Under the pieces are notes generated by a model. It ran no database searches and had not been told where the DNA came from. It saw nothing but the letters and a program-made list of their open reading frames with translations. A stretch of 64,000 nt of DNA from Gammaproteobacteria bacterium (GTDB taxonomy: Bacteria; Pseudomonadota; Gammaproteobacteria; SURF-13): the NCBI GenBank assembly GCA_016195665.1, contig JACPZD010000001.1, forward strand, positions 282,848 through 346,847, in the 5' to 3' direction. Shown here piece by piece: positions 18,243 to 28,268 of this stretch (its first letter is position 1; each line of letters starts with the position of its first letter). The position numbers and the translations under genes are program-made.

Positions 18243-19052
18243 ATGAGCGCTGTTTTGGTTACTGAAATCACCGGCAGTGACCCGCTGGTTATCGCGGGCA
18301 AGCACTATCACTCGCGGTTACTGGTCGGCACCGGCAAATACCGCGACCTGGACGAAACGCGCCACGCCATCAAGGCCAGTGGCGCGGAAATCGTCACCAT
18401 CGCGATCCGCCGCACCAACATCGGTCAAAATCCCAACGAGCCCAACCTGCTCGACGTGCTGCCGCCTGACAAATATACCATACTCCCCAACACTGCCGGC
18501 TGTTACACCGCCGAGGACGCGATCCGCACCTGCCGTCTCGCGCGTGAACTGCTCGACGGCCATGACCTGGTCAAACTCGAAGTGCTCGGCGATCCGAAGA
18601 CGCTGTTTCCCGACATCACGGAGACCCTCAAGGCCACCGAGACCCTGGTTAAGGACGGCTTCAAAGTCATGGTCTACACGACCGACGATGTGCTCATCGC
18701 CAAGCGTTTAGAGGAGATGGGCTGCGTTGCAGTCATGCCGCTCGCCGCGCCAATCGGTTCAGGACTCGGCATACGCAATCCCTACAACATCCGCATGATC
18801 GTCGAAAACGCCAAGGTACCGATTCTGGTGGACGCAGGCGTCGGCACCGCCTCGGACGCGGCGATTGCCATGGAACTCGGCTGCGACGGCGTGCTCATGA
18901 ACACCGCTATCGCCGCGGCGAAGAACCCGGTGCTGATGGCCTCTGCGATGAAGAAGGCCATCGAGGCCGGCCGCGAGGCCTATCGCGCCGGTCGCATGCC
19001 GCGCAAGCTGTACGCCAGCGCCTCGTCGCCGATTGATGGTACGTTTTTCTAG
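18243..19052 (+). CDS. thiG: Thiazole synthase ThiG
   Basis: Full-length match to the ThiG TIM-barrel (…KLEVLGD…, [27 protein letters not shown]). Confidence 0.9.
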   Translation: MSAVLVTEITGSDPLVIAGKHYHSRLLVGTGKYRDLDETRHAIKASGAEIVTIAIRRTNIGQNPNEPNLLDVLPPDKYTILPNTAGCYTAEDAIRTCRLARELLDGHDLVKLEVLGDPKTLFPDITETLKATETLVKDGFKVMVYTTDDVLIAKRLEEMGCVAVMPLAAPIGSGLGIRNPYNIRMIVENAKVPILVDAGVGTASDAAIAMELGCDGVLMNTAIAAAKNPVLMASAMKKAIEAGREAYRAGRMPRKLYASASSPIDGTFF

Positions 19053-19066
19053 TTCAAGCACGCGCG

Positions 19067-19408
19067 TTAAAGCGCGAGAACCAGCCGTAAACCTTCCTCC
19101 AACTCTTGCAAGAGCTTAGCCGGTAACTTACCGGTCTTCTCGGTTAAATAGGACTTATCAACGGTGATGAGTTGGGAGACATTGATGACCGAATCCTTCT
19201 TCAGCCCGGCAATTTTGGCGGAAACCAGCACATTAGCGGGCGCATCAGCCAGCCTGAGATTGGAAGTAATCACCGCCGCAATAATAGTGCTGATGCGGCT
19301 TCGGTTAAAGCTGTCCGACTGGAGGACAACCAACGGGCGGCGAAACCCCGGAGCAGAACCGCTGGGCTCGGGAAGTGACGCCCACCATATCTCTCCCCGT
19401 TTGATCAA
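19067..19408 (-). CDS. Type II toxin, MazF/PemK/Kid-family endoribonuclease
   Basis: MIKRGEIWWASL...GFRRPLVVLQSDSFN...TIIAAVITS matches the PemK/MazF fold signature. Overlaps the upstream antitoxin by 4 bp. Confidence 0.8.
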   Translation of the reverse strand: MIKRGEIWWASLPEPSGSAPGFRRPLVVLQSDSFNRSRISTIIAAVITSNLRLADAPANVLVSAKIAGLKKDSVINVSQLITVDKSYLTEKTGKLPAKLLQELEEGLRLVLAL

Positions 19409-19647
19409 CGCTTTTTCTTGGTCAAGGTCTTGAATTGCAGCCGCTCCACAACCTTGTCCAGCCCGGCTGATTGTATATCCGCGTCATAGATCTGATTAAG
19501 CCGCTCCGTCACACCATCAGTGGAATATCGTTTAATAAGAGCCAGCACCGCAGTGGAATACAGCTCACTGCGCGACACCCCCAGGCGGCGGGCCAGTCGC
19601 TCGGCGGATTGAAAAACAGGTTCTGGAATTGAAATAGCGGTTTTCAT
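19405..19647 (-). CDS. Type II antitoxin, ribbon-helix-helix (CopG/MazE-like)
   Basis: 80-aa protein upstream of and overlapping the MazF-like toxin, with an N-terminal RHH-like segment (KTAISIPEPVFQSAERLARRLGVSRSELY). Confidence 0.7.
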   Translation of the reverse strand: MKTAISIPEPVFQSAERLARRLGVSRSELYSTAVLALIKRYSTDGVTERLNQIYDADIQSAGLDKVVERLQFKTLTKKKR

Positions 19648-19654
19648 AAACCTA

Positions 19655-19672
19655 GTATAACAATAGTTATAC
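19655..19672. promoter_or_regulatory. Palindromic operator candidate of the TA operon
   Basis: GTATAAC-AATA-GTTATAC perfect 7-bp inverted repeat 8-25 nt upstream of the antitoxin start, in the divergent TA/trmB promoter region. Confidence 0.4.
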
Positions 19673-19699
19673 CCGAGTCAACAGGGTGGGAACGTCACT

Positions 19700-20392
19700 A
19701 TGCAAGACACCGAAAAACCACTGCGTACCGTCCGCAGCTACGTGCTGCGCCAGGGGCGCATGACGTCCGCTCAGCGCGAGGCGCTGGACACGCTTTGGGG
19801 GTGTTACGGCGTAAATCCGATGAATACAGATCTTGATCTTGATGTCTTGTTCGGAAGGTGCGCTCCGCGCGCTGTGGAGATCGGCTTTGGCATGGGCGAT
19901 GCGCTGGCGGCGATGGCCGAAGCCCATCCCGAGCAGGATTATCTTGGCATCGAGGTACATCGTCCCGGCGTAGGCAGTCTATTGCGGCAGATCGAATGGC
20001 GGGGCTTAAGCAATGTGCGCGTGATGTGCGCCGATGCGGTACAGGTGCTGGAACAGCAAATTCCTGACAACAGTCTTGACGCCGTGCATTTATTCTTTCC
20101 CGATCCGTGGCCCAAGCGCCGCCATCATAAACGGCGCCTGGTGCAAGAACAATTTGTGGAGCTGATCGCGCAAAAGCTTAAGCCGAACAGGGTATTCCAT
20201 TTCGCCACCGACTGGCAAGAGTACGCCGAACAGGCGCTGGACGTTATGAGCAACGCGCCCGGGTTCGTCAACGCCGCCGGCGCCGGCAATTACTCACCCC
20301 GCCCGGATTATCGTCCGCTCACCAAATTCGAACGACGTGGCCAACGGTTGGGTCATGAGGTGTGGGATCTGATCTTTTCAAAACAGCCGTGA
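19700..20392 (+). CDS. trmB: tRNA (guanine46-N7)-methyltransferase TrmB
   Basis: SAM-binding EIGFGMGD and the hallmark FPDPWPKRRHHKRRL. Confidence 0.9.
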   Translation: MQDTEKPLRTVRSYVLRQGRMTSAQREALDTLWGCYGVNPMNTDLDLDVLFGRCAPRAVEIGFGMGDALAAMAEAHPEQDYLGIEVHRPGVGSLLRQIEWRGLSNVRVMCADAVQVLEQQIPDNSLDAVHLFFPDPWPKRRHHKRRLVQEQFVELIAQKLKPNRVFHFATDWQEYAEQALDVMSNAPGFVNAAGAGNYSPRPDYRPLTKFERRGQRLGHEVWDLIFSKQP

Positions 20393-20416
20393 TTATCCAA
20401 CCGGGGTAGTTTGATC

Positions 20417-21187
20417 TCAAAACTCAAACCGTATTATGTTCTTGGAGCCGGTGATGCCTTCGATGGTGTAGTCAAACTTGGCCTGGTTGTAACTGGTGAA
20501 GGTCAGCTTGCCCGTACCTACTTGGGTGGTACTCACTGACGAGGGGTTGAATGGGTTGGCCCAGTAAGGGCCGGTGGTTTTGTAAACTTTACCGCTGTAA
20601 GCGAATTTTGAAGTGCTCGAGGTAAAAGTCTCCGCGATTTCCCAGGATCCAGGCTGTAGGGTGTACCAAGTGGCTCTGCCCGCCGGATCATAGACATACC
20701 AGGCGGCAAACAATTTATCGTTCATCTGAGTGATGCTGAGACCCCAACCGGATTCAGCCGTGTTCCACCATAATCCTGTGTAATCAAGCAGCGGAAAGGA
20801 CGCGGGACGGTTGATATTTTCATCGCTAACAGTGAACTGGCGGGTTCCCACCACGGTGAAGAAATTCGCATTCCCTGATCGTAACTCTACTTGATAGCTT
20901 CCGGCGGGAAATCGTCCCAGAGTGACATCGAGTGGTAATGGAGCCTGGCCGAGAAACTGAACCTCTACTTCATAATATACAATGATTTTATTGGCCACCA
21001 TAGACACCCGTACAGTAGACGAGGCTACGCTACCAATTTCTGCAGCTAATGCTTGCAAGTAAACAGTATCCTGCCCCTTAGGATTGGCCGGAAGTATGGT
21101 TAAATTTGCCGCCGAGGCTGGGAACATGCTACCTAACAACAGCACGAGCAGCAGGCAACGCGATAGCGATATCCGTGACGTGTTCAT
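20417..21187 (-). CDS. Secreted hypothetical protein (beta-rich), downstream of subtilase
   Basis: Start ATG at 21187 with GGAG RBS. Signal peptide MNTSRISLSRCLLLVLLLGSMFPASA. No family recognised; C-terminus ends ...RFEF. Confidence 0.55.
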   Translation of the reverse strand: MNTSRISLSRCLLLVLLLGSMFPASAANLTILPANPKGQDTVYLQALAAEIGSVASSTVRVSMVANKIIVYYEVEVQFLGQAPLPLDVTLGRFPAGSYQVELRSGNANFFTVVGTRQFTVSDENINRPASFPLLDYTGLWWNTAESGWGLSITQMNDKLFAAWYVYDPAGRATWYTLQPGSWEIAETFTSSTSKFAYSGKVYKTTGPYWANPFNPSSVSTTQVGTGKLTFTSYNQAKFDYTIEGITGSKNIIRFEF

Positions 21188-21285
21188 AGATTCTCCATAA
21201 TGAAGTCGCGCACCGGGCATAAGCCATTGTTCATGAGTAAATAGCTCTTGGCCGTGCTTGAGGCAAGCCCTGATGGGGCATCAAA

Positions 21286-23148
21286 TCAATAACTTGGGCG
21301 ATAGCCATTGTTGCGATACACATAACCCAAGTAGCCGATGTAAGAGGTATAACCTTGGGCCGCCATGTTGGCCTGTTCACTTTGGGGGAAGATCGCATGG
21401 TCATCTATGCTAGTTTTATAGGCCCGGATTAAAAGCTCCGTGCCCGGCGGCTGTGCATAGCCATACGGGTACACATAGCCCTCGATGCCGTCGTATTTGT
21501 AGCCGGCGGCGATATAATTTTTGGCTTCGTTGTAATCCGTGCTGTAAACGTGATCCACATGGTAGGGGTATTGGCTACAAACTGTTGCCCCCTGTACCGG
21601 ATCGCCGCACTTGTAGCTCAGGCGGTACAGCGGCCTTAACTCAACACTGGAATTATACGGATTGCGGTGAGTGGTAAACACCCATGCCTGGGCGCGCGCT
21701 GGTCCGGAGTTTGGAAAATTTGGATACTCCGAAATGGTGTTGCCGATATTACTGTAAAGGTTTACTGGTGAGAATGAGGTAACGTAAGGAGGCAGCGTCC
21801 CCGACATTGCCGCCAAGGCCATCTGCGGCACGGTGGTGTAGAAATAGTCATACACATTGACGCCATAGAAGGCGAATAGCGGGGTAAGCCGGTTAGTAGT
21901 CGACAGCACCGAGGTTACGGCGGAATAAGCATTAGGAAGGCCGTAGCCGATCTGTTGATTGGGTGCATAGGCATTATTTGAGGCCCCCAATAAACGACTG
22001 CGAATATCGGTGGCCGATAAGAGTGGGTTGACCGAGCGCATCAAGCCCACCAGCCCGGTGATATGCGGCGTCGCCATGGAGGTGCCGGTGCAGTTGCCAT
22101 AGCCCGATTGATCGTTCGACCAGCTCCACGAACCGTAGTCCGCGCAGCGTAACCCTGAACTCCACGTAGCTCCCTGATAAAAGGTTGAAAGGATATCGCG
22201 GCCAGGCGCCACCACGCCACGAGTGTCCATGCCCGGACCCTTGGTTGAGCCACTTTCACCACTTGGAGCCGGCGGATTTTCAACCCATAGTGCGCCATTG
22301 CTTTGAGTTGCTCCGACTGCGATGGTTCGACTGTCATTCGCAGGAAACTGGAGTATGGTATCTTCCTTAAAATTTCCAGCCGCAGCCGCGATAACCACGC
22401 TGCGGTTCGCTGCAAATTGCAGGGCCTGACAGTAAGCTTCATAGGGGTTAGCTGGGCAATTTTTGTTGAGGTTTCTCTGTCCGAAACTCATGTTCAGTAT
22501 TTGAGCGCCTGAGTTAACCGTCCAGTAAATACCATTGATGATCGCTGTTTCGGTCAGATTATTGTTACCAGCAGGGGAAACCCTGGTAATGATCAGGGTA
22601 CAGTTCCAACACATGCCCGCAACGCCTCGGGCCGTCGGATTGGGGTGGCCGTACTGTGCGTTGGGATAGGCTGTCTCCGCTGCAATAATCCCCGCAGTAT
22701 GAGTGCCGTGGCCTGCTGCATTAAAGAAAAACGGATACTCATCCACCGACGCCCCAGGGGTGGCCGCATTGTAGGCAAATTGCGGACGGTATTTTCCAAC
22801 GAGATCGGGGTGATTGATTTGAATACCAGAATCAATATGCCCGATGTAGGCGCTGCCGCGCACGACATCCCAGGCGGGGAACATGTTGAGAACATAAAGA
22901 CCCCATTGGTAGCCCAACGGGGAGGTGACAGGTTGCACGTAGGGGTCGCTGGGGGTGACCGAGAACTCCACAGAACCATTCTCACCTACCCAGAGGATGT
23001 TGGGATCCTGCGCCAATCTGCCCTTGGTTTGCCCGGCTTCCGCTGCACTCGGGAAATTGAGGACAATGTATTGTTGGAGTTTAACCTCCGGCGGCTCTTC
23101 GCGTGGTCCCGGTAGTATGGGCGGAAATTCGATGCGTTGGTGAATCAA
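21286..23148 (-). CDS. S8-family subtilisin-like serine peptidase (catalytic domain plus Tyr/Gly-rich C-terminal domain). Signal-peptide segment lies upstream out of frame.
   Basis: Catalytic triad motifs: Asp region, HGTHTAGIIAA and GTSMATPHITG. The ORF as read has no signal peptide; a signal peptide (MRLSSKLNIALYLVTALASAGLYAAAPPPP) is encoded at 23403-23314 in the -1 frame across a C12/G12 run. Confidence 0.85.
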   Translation of the reverse strand: MIHQRIEFPPILPGPREEPPEVKLQQYIVLNFPSAAEAGQTKGRLAQDPNILWVGENGSVEFSVTPSDPYVQPVTSPLGYQWGLYVLNMFPAWDVVRGSAYIGHIDSGIQINHPDLVGKYRPQFAYNAATPGASVDEYPFFFNAAGHGTHTAGIIAAETAYPNAQYGHPNPTARGVAGMCWNCTLIITRVSPAGNNNLTETAIINGIYWTVNSGAQILNMSFGQRNLNKNCPANPYEAYCQALQFAANRSVVIAAAAGNFKEDTILQFPANDSRTIAVGATQSNGALWVENPPAPSGESGSTKGPGMDTRGVVAPGRDILSTFYQGATWSSGLRCADYGSWSWSNDQSGYGNCTGTSMATPHITGLVGLMRSVNPLLSATDIRSRLLGASNNAYAPNQQIGYGLPNAYSAVTSVLSTTNRLTPLFAFYGVNVYDYFYTTVPQMALAAMSGTLPPYVTSFSPVNLYSNIGNTISEYPNFPNSGPARAQAWVFTTHRNPYNSSVELRPLYRLSYKCGDPVQGATVCSQYPYHVDHVYSTDYNEAKNYIAAGYKYDGIEGYVYPYGYAQPPGTELLIRAYKTSIDDHAIFPQSEQANMAAQGYTSYIGYLGYVYRNNGYRPSY

Positions 23149-23314
23149 ATAGCGGGCGTCTTTGGGATTGCCCAGGCGGTTGTATAGACTTTGATTGCGC
23201 GCATTGGCAGTCGGGTTCTTAACAGCGGCAATCAGTTCATCGGGGGTAGCAGGATCGTCTGCGGCGTTTTTATTGTAGAGCAGAATAAGCTCAGTGACTT
23301 CTGGCTTTAGTTGC

Positions 23315-23326
23315 GGGGGGGGGGGG
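23315..23326. repeat. Homopolymeric G12 (C12 on coding strand) tract inside the 5' end of the subtilase gene
   Basis: 12 consecutive G at 23315-23326. With 12 the signal-peptide reading frame hits TAA after 5 codons. With 13 (or 10) the signal peptide joins the subtilase in frame. Confidence 0.9.
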
Positions 23327-23551
23327 CAGCGGCATAGAGGCCGGCCGAGGCCAACGCAGTGACCAGATACAGCGCTATGTTAAGCTTGCTTGAAAGACGC
23401 ATGTTTCTCTCCTCTTGATTCGGGGGGTTAGAACACCAGTCATTAAGCTACGAGATAACTGTTACAGCACGATCACCGTTTTGTTACAGATCTATGAAGT
23501 TCAGGCTACTGCTCTTTGAATCGCCCGTCAAGGCCTTCATCGGGGAGTCTG

Positions 23552-24265
23552 TCACTGATCCCATGCCGCCCGCGCCAGTACCCACACATCAATTCTTTCC
23601 ACGCCCGCTTTGCGCAGTGTCGCGGCCAATTCCTGCACGGTGTGACCGGTAGTCATCACGTCATCCAGAATCGCCACATGCCGGGCTGCTATGGGCCGTG
23701 TAACGCGAAACGCACCTTTGATATTTTTGCGCCGCTCGGCGGCGGGCAGTAGCGATTGCGCCGAGGTCTTGCGCACCCGTTCGCAGCTTTTATAGTCCAC
23801 CGGAATGCTCAAACCACGCGCGATGGGCCGGGCGATTTCCAGGGCCTGATTAAAGCCGCGCTCGCGCAGCCGGGAGCGATGCAGCGGCACGGGAATGATG
23901 ATCTCCGGCATCGCTTGCATCTGGTCCTTGAGATGTTCAGCCAGCAGTTCGCCCAGTGCGCGCGCAAGGTGAAGTTGCGCCTGGAACTTCAAGCGCAAAA
24001 TCAGATGATCGGCCGGATAGGCGTAGCGGAACAGGCTTACCGCGCTGTCATAGCTGGGCGGGTCTTGCAGACATTGGCCGCAGAGTTCTGCCGCGCTAGT
24101 CAGCGGCAAGGCGCAGCGTGTGCACGCTGCGGCATTGTAAGGAAGCTCAACTGCACAGCCGCTACACAAATCACCCTCTTTAACTGCGTTACCGCACAGG
24201 ACGCAGGCGGGAGGATAAAGCCAGTGTTGTAGTTTTTTTGCCCAATCGTTAACCGAAAGGTTCAT
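23552..24265 (-). CDS. comF: ComF-family protein (phosphoribosyltransferase domain with N-terminal zinc-ribbon)
   Basis: Cys clusters CVLCGN...CSGC and CTRCALPL...CGQC, then the PRTase motif VAILDDVMTTGHT. Confidence 0.75.
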   Translation of the reverse strand: MNLSVNDWAKKLQHWLYPPACVLCGNAVKEGDLCSGCAVELPYNAAACTRCALPLTSAAELCGQCLQDPPSYDSAVSLFRYAYPADHLILRLKFQAQLHLARALGELLAEHLKDQMQAMPEIIIPVPLHRSRLRERGFNQALEIARPIARGLSIPVDYKSCERVRKTSAQSLLPAAERRKNIKGAFRVTRPIAARHVAILDDVMTTGHTVQELAATLRKAGVERIDVWVLARAAWDQ

Positions 24266-24308
24266 ATCAGGTTGACAGCCCTGCTGGAGCCGTTATCATG
24301 CCCAGATT

Positions 24309-25349
24309 ATGAACTATCCCAATGCGACCTTCGAGCCCCCTGAGACCGGCGCTCAAAATATCCTTAAGAAATTCAGCCTTGCGGAAATTGAGGCGCTGTT
24401 TGAATTACCGTTTAACGATTTACTGTTTCGCGCCCAATCCGTTCACCGCCTGCATTTCAATCCCAATGAGGTGCAGCTTTCCACCTTGATTTCCATCAAG
24501 ACCGGCGGCTGCCCGGAGGATTGCGGCTATTGTCCGCAGGCCGCACGCTATCACACCGGCGTAGAAAATCAGGCTTTGCTGCCGCTTGAAACGGTATTGG
24601 AAGCCGCCCGCGCCGCCAAGGCCAACGGCGCAACGCGTTTCTGCATGGGTGCGGCCTGGCGCGGACCGAAGCAAAAAGACCTGACGCCGGTCATAGCGAT
24701 GGTCAAGGCCGTGGGCGAACTGGGCCTGGAGACCTGCGCCACACTCGGCATGCTGCAAGAGAATCAGGCAAATCAGCTCAAAGAGGCCGGGCTTGATTAC
24801 TACAACCACAACCTCGACACTTCACCTGAATTTTACGGCGAAATTATTTCCACGCGCGGCTATGAAGACCGCCTCAATACGCTGGAGCAGGTGCGTACGG
24901 CGGGGATTAAAGTCTGCTGTGGTGGCATCATTGGTATGGGCGAGACGCGCCGCGAACGCGCGGGGTTGATCGCGCAATTGGCCCATATGGACCCGCAACC
25001 GGAGAGCGTGCCGATCAATAATTTAGTGCAAATCGAGGGCACACCGTTGCACGGCACAGAGGCGCTCGATCCTTTTGAATTCATACGCACCATCGCGGTC
25101 GCGCGCATCACTCTGCCCAAGAGCCGGGTCCGCCTCTCCGCGGGCCGCCAGCAGATGCCGGAAACGATGCAGGCCTTGTGCTTCCTCGCCGGGGCCAACT
25201 CGATCTTTTACGGCGACAAGCTGCTCACCACCGGCAATCCAGAGGCGCAGCAGGACAAGGTCTTGCTGGAAAAGTTGGGCATATCGCCAATGGGAACCTC
25301 TAAAAATTGCGTCCCTGCAATTTTTAGAGACGAAAAGCAAAAGACGTGA
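24309..25349 (+). CDS. bioB: Biotin synthase BioB
   Basis: Radical-SAM [10 protein letters not shown] motif and the BioB C-terminal region. The C-terminal roughly 30 codons overlap a series of hairpin repeats. Confidence 0.9.
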   Translation: MNYPNATFEPPETGAQNILKKFSLAEIEALFELPFNDLLFRAQSVHRLHFNPNEVQLSTLISIKTGGCPEDCGYCPQAARYHTGVENQALLPLETVLEAARAAKANGATRFCMGAAWRGPKQKDLTPVIAMVKAVGELGLETCATLGMLQENQANQLKEAGLDYYNHNLDTSPEFYGEIISTRGYEDRLNTLEQVRTAGIKVCCGGIIGMGETRRERAGLIAQLAHMDPQPESVPINNLVQIEGTPLHGTEALDPFEFIRTIAVARITLPKSRVRLSAGRQQMPETMQALCFLAGANSIFYGDKLLTTGNPEAQQDKVLLEKLGISPMGTSKNCVPAIFRDEKQKT

Positions 25350-25362
25350 CTTTTGCTTTTCT

Positions 25363-25395
25363 CCATTTTTCAAACACTAACGTGTTTGAAAAATG
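25363..25395. repeat. 13-bp-arm perfect palindrome CCATTTTTCAAACAC-N5-GTGTTTGAAAAATG between bioB and bioF
   Basis: Same palindrome arms recur at 29044-29080 (7-bp spacer) downstream of bioD. Further hairpins lie at 25301-25345 and 25418-25446. Confidence 0.55.
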
Positions 25396-25448
25396 AACGG
25401 TACGTCCCTGTACCGCGAGGCGCCTCTAATTTTTAGAGGTGCCTCGAC

Positions 25449-26609
25449 GTGAATCTGGATCAACGTCTTGCCGATGAACTAGAACTCCGCCGCCGGCAAC
25501 ACCTCTGCCGCAAGCGCCGCATTCTGCAAAGTCCGCAAGGCGCAGAAATTGTCATAGAGGGACGACACTGTCTTTCGTTCTGTAGCAACGATTATCTCGG
25601 CCTCGCCAATCATCCTCAGGTAATCAAGGCGCTACAAGACGGCGCGGCGCGTTACGGCGTCGGCAGCGGTGCCTCGCATTTGATCACCGGCCACAGCGCG
25701 GCGCACCACGCCCTCGAAGAAGAACTGGCCGAGTTCACCGGGCGACCCCGCGCCTTGTTGTTCTCCACCGGCTACATGGCCAACCTCGGTGCCATCGGCG
25801 CGCTGACGGCTCCACGCGACACGGTGTACGAAGACCGCCTCAATCACGCCTCACTCGTTGATGCGGCGGTTTTATCCCGCGCCCGGCTGCGGCGTTATCC
25901 GCATGGCGACATGAGTACGTTAAGGAATCAGCTTGTACGCGCCGACAAACTTGCACTCATTGTCAGCGATGGCGTATTCAGCATGGATGGCGATCTTGCG
26001 CCGGTATCTGCGCTTGCGGAGTTGGCGCGCGACTACAACGCCCGTCTCATGATAGACGACGCGCACGGCTTGGGCGTGCTTGGGAAAACCGGCAGGGGAA
26101 CCCTGGAGCATCTCGCAATAAACCCGGACGATGTTCCTGTTCTTATGGGTACGCTGGGCAAGGCCTTCGGCGTCTTTGGCGCGTTTGTCGCGGGAAGTGA
26201 AGAGTTGATCGAGACACTTATTCAACAGGCGCGCAGCTATATTTACACCACCGCGCTGCCGCCCGCACTCGCCGAGGCCGCGCGAGCAAGTCTCAAGCTA
26301 GTACAAAGCGAGGGCTGGCGGCGTGAACATCTGTTTTCACTCATCACGCGCTTTCGTAGCGGTGCTGCCCAACTTGGCTTACCCCTTTTACCCTCTGCAA
26401 CCCCCATCCAGCCGCTCATCGTTGGCGAGAGTGAGCGGGCGCTCGCGCTCAGCGAAAAACTCTATGCGCGCGGGATAGTGATTACCGCCATCCACCCGCC
26501 GACCATACCCAAAGGCCAGGCGCGTCTGCGCATCACCCTTTCCGCCGCGCACACGGAACAGCATATAGACCGTCTGCTGGAAACCTTGGCTGACGTCGTT
26601 GACGCATGA
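25449..26609 (+). CDS. bioF: 8-amino-7-oxononanoate synthase BioF
   Basis: PLP-dependent class II aminotransferase fold. Lys motif region GTLGKAFG and a BioF-like N-terminus. Confidence 0.9.
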   Translation: MNLDQRLADELELRRRQHLCRKRRILQSPQGAEIVIEGRHCLSFCSNDYLGLANHPQVIKALQDGAARYGVGSGASHLITGHSAAHHALEEELAEFTGRPRALLFSTGYMANLGAIGALTAPRDTVYEDRLNHASLVDAAVLSRARLRRYPHGDMSTLRNQLVRADKLALIVSDGVFSMDGDLAPVSALAELARDYNARLMIDDAHGLGVLGKTGRGTLEHLAINPDDVPVLMGTLGKAFGVFGAFVAGSEELIETLIQQARSYIYTTALPPALAEAARASLKLVQSEGWRREHLFSLITRFRSGAAQLGLPLLPSATPIQPLIVGESERALALSEKLYARGIVITAIHPPTIPKGQARLRITLSAAHTEQHIDRLLETLADVVDA

Positions 26610-27373
26610 GTCTGTATAGTGAAGCGCTGGGCAACGGACCGGATATAGTGCTACTACACGGCTGGGGATTGCATGGTGGTGTATGGGAGGAAACGGCCGC
26701 GCACCTTGCAAAAGATTTCCGCGTCACCTGCGTAGACCTCCCGGGTCATGGACGCAGCGCAGCGATCCCCGAATCTTACACGCTGCAAATTCTCGCCGAA
26801 CGGATCTTGTCCGTTGTCCCTCAACCAGCAATATGGCTCGGCTGGTCGCTCGGCGGGATGCTGGCCATGCAATTCGCCGCGATCCACCCTGAACGTGTGA
26901 CAAAACTGATCTTGGTTGCGAGTACCCCAAAGTTCACATGTTCTGTCGATTGGTCTCACGGCATCAGCTCAGAGGTGTTGGAACAATTTGCGCAAGAGCT
27001 GGAACACGACGCCAAAAAAACGATAAGGCGATTTCTCGCATTGCAATTGCGCGGCAGCGAACGGGCACAGGCAAGCCTTGCCGCCCTAAACCATGCCGTA
27101 TTTCGCCACGGCCTGCCCGCAACGGCGGCTTTGCGGGGAGGATTAAACATTCTGCGCGACGCCGATCTCCGCACTCAACTGGCGCGCATCACCTCACCGG
27201 CGCTGGTGATCGCCGGGGAACGTGACCCGTTGATTCCATTACAGGCCGGTGACTATCTGGCGGCGAATTTGCCTAATGGAAAATTGTTCACCCTGCCGAA
27301 GTCGGGACATGCGCCGTTCCTTTCACATCCCCCTGAGTTTTTGCTAGCCCTCAACGAATTTTTATATGACTGA
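26606..27373 (+). CDS. bioH: Pimeloyl-[ACP] methyl ester esterase BioH
   Basis: Alpha/beta hydrolase: [11 protein letters not shown], nucleophile elbow GWSLGG. Overlaps bioF by 4 bp within the bio operon. Confidence 0.8.
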   Translation: MSLYSEALGNGPDIVLLHGWGLHGGVWEETAAHLAKDFRVTCVDLPGHGRSAAIPESYTLQILAERILSVVPQPAIWLGWSLGGMLAMQFAAIHPERVTKLILVASTPKFTCSVDWSHGISSEVLEQFAQELEHDAKKTIRRFLALQLRGSERAQASLAALNHAVFRHGLPATAALRGGLNILRDADLRTQLARITSPALVIAGERDPLIPLQAGDYLAANLPNGKLFTLPKSGHAPFLSHPPEFLLALNEFLYD

Positions 27374-28268
27374 ACTTCCTGAACTCTACCGGCTCGATAA
27401 AAGGCTCATGCGGCGCGCCTTCGAAAGAGCCGCGCGCGAATATGATAAAAACGCAGTGCTGCAACACGAAGTCGGACGGCGGATGCTGGAACGCCTCGAC
27501 CTCATGCACATCCACCCGTCAGTGATACTCGACGCCGGCGCCGGCGCCGGCGCACCCGGCAAGGCGCTCGCCCAGCGTTATAACGGCGCCACAATCATCT
27601 CCCTGGACATCGCCCGCGGCATGCTGCTTGAGGCGTGCAAGCGGGTTTCGTTTTTAAGCAAATGGTTTACTCGTCGCCAGACCTTTGTTTGTGGCGACAT
27701 TGAATCGCTGCCGCTGCTGACCGGCAGTGTGGACATGATCTTTTCCAATCTCAGTTTGCAGTGGTGCAACGACCTGGATCAAGCGTTGAGCGAATTTTAC
27801 CGGGTGCTCAGGCCCGGTGGCCTGCTGATGTTTTCTACCTTCGGCCCCGACACACTCAAAGAACTGCGCGCGAGTTGGAGCAAAGTGGACCAGTACAGTC
27901 ACGTGAATGCCTTCATGGATATGCACGACATCGGCGACGCCCTTGTGCGCGCGCGCTTCGCCAATCCGGTGATGGATGTGGAGCGTTATACGCTGACCTA
28001 TCCTGACCTCAATACATTGATGCGCGATCTGAAAAACATCGGCGCGCACAACGTCATGGCGGGCCGCCCGCACGGACTCACCGGCAAGGGACGCCTGCAC
28101 CGGCTTACAACCGCTTACGAGACTTATCGCAAGGACGGGGTCTTACCGGCGAGTTATGAAGTTGTCTACGGTCACGCCTGGGCGCCGGAAACTATGCCTC
28201 AACTAACCTCCCGCGACGGAGTGGTCAGCATTCCTCTCAGCAGCCTGCGCGGTCGCAAAGCAGCATGA
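27366..28268 (+). CDS. bioC: Malonyl-[ACP] O-methyltransferase BioC
   Basis: Class I SAM methyltransferase (ILDAGAGAGAPG). Position between bioH and bioD. Confidence 0.8.
   Translation: MTELPELYRLDKRLMRRAFERAAREYDKNAVLQHEVGRRMLERLDLMHIHPSVILDAGAGAGAPGKALAQRYNGATIISLDIARGMLLEACKRVSFLSKWFTRRQTFVCGDIESLPLLTGSVDMIFSNLSLQWCNDLDQALSEFYRVLRPGGLLMFSTFGPDTLKELRASWSKVDQYSHVNAFMDMHDIGDALVRARFANPVMDVERYTLTYPDLNTLMRDLKNIGAHNVMAGRPHGLTGKGRLHRLTTAYETYRKDGVLPASYEVVYGHAWAPETMPQLTSRDGVVSIPLSSLRGRKAA

Noticed and set aside
23315-23326. Poly-G tract as part of a CRISPR or other array
   Set aside because: It is a single homopolymer and not a repeat-spacer structure. No CRISPR arrays were seen anywhere in the window.
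25363-25395. BirA operator (bioO) identity for the bio palindrome
   Set aside because: Half-sites (TTTCAAACAC) do not match the BirA consensus TGTAAACC. Spacer length differs between the two copies, so a REP-like hairpin is the safer interpretation.
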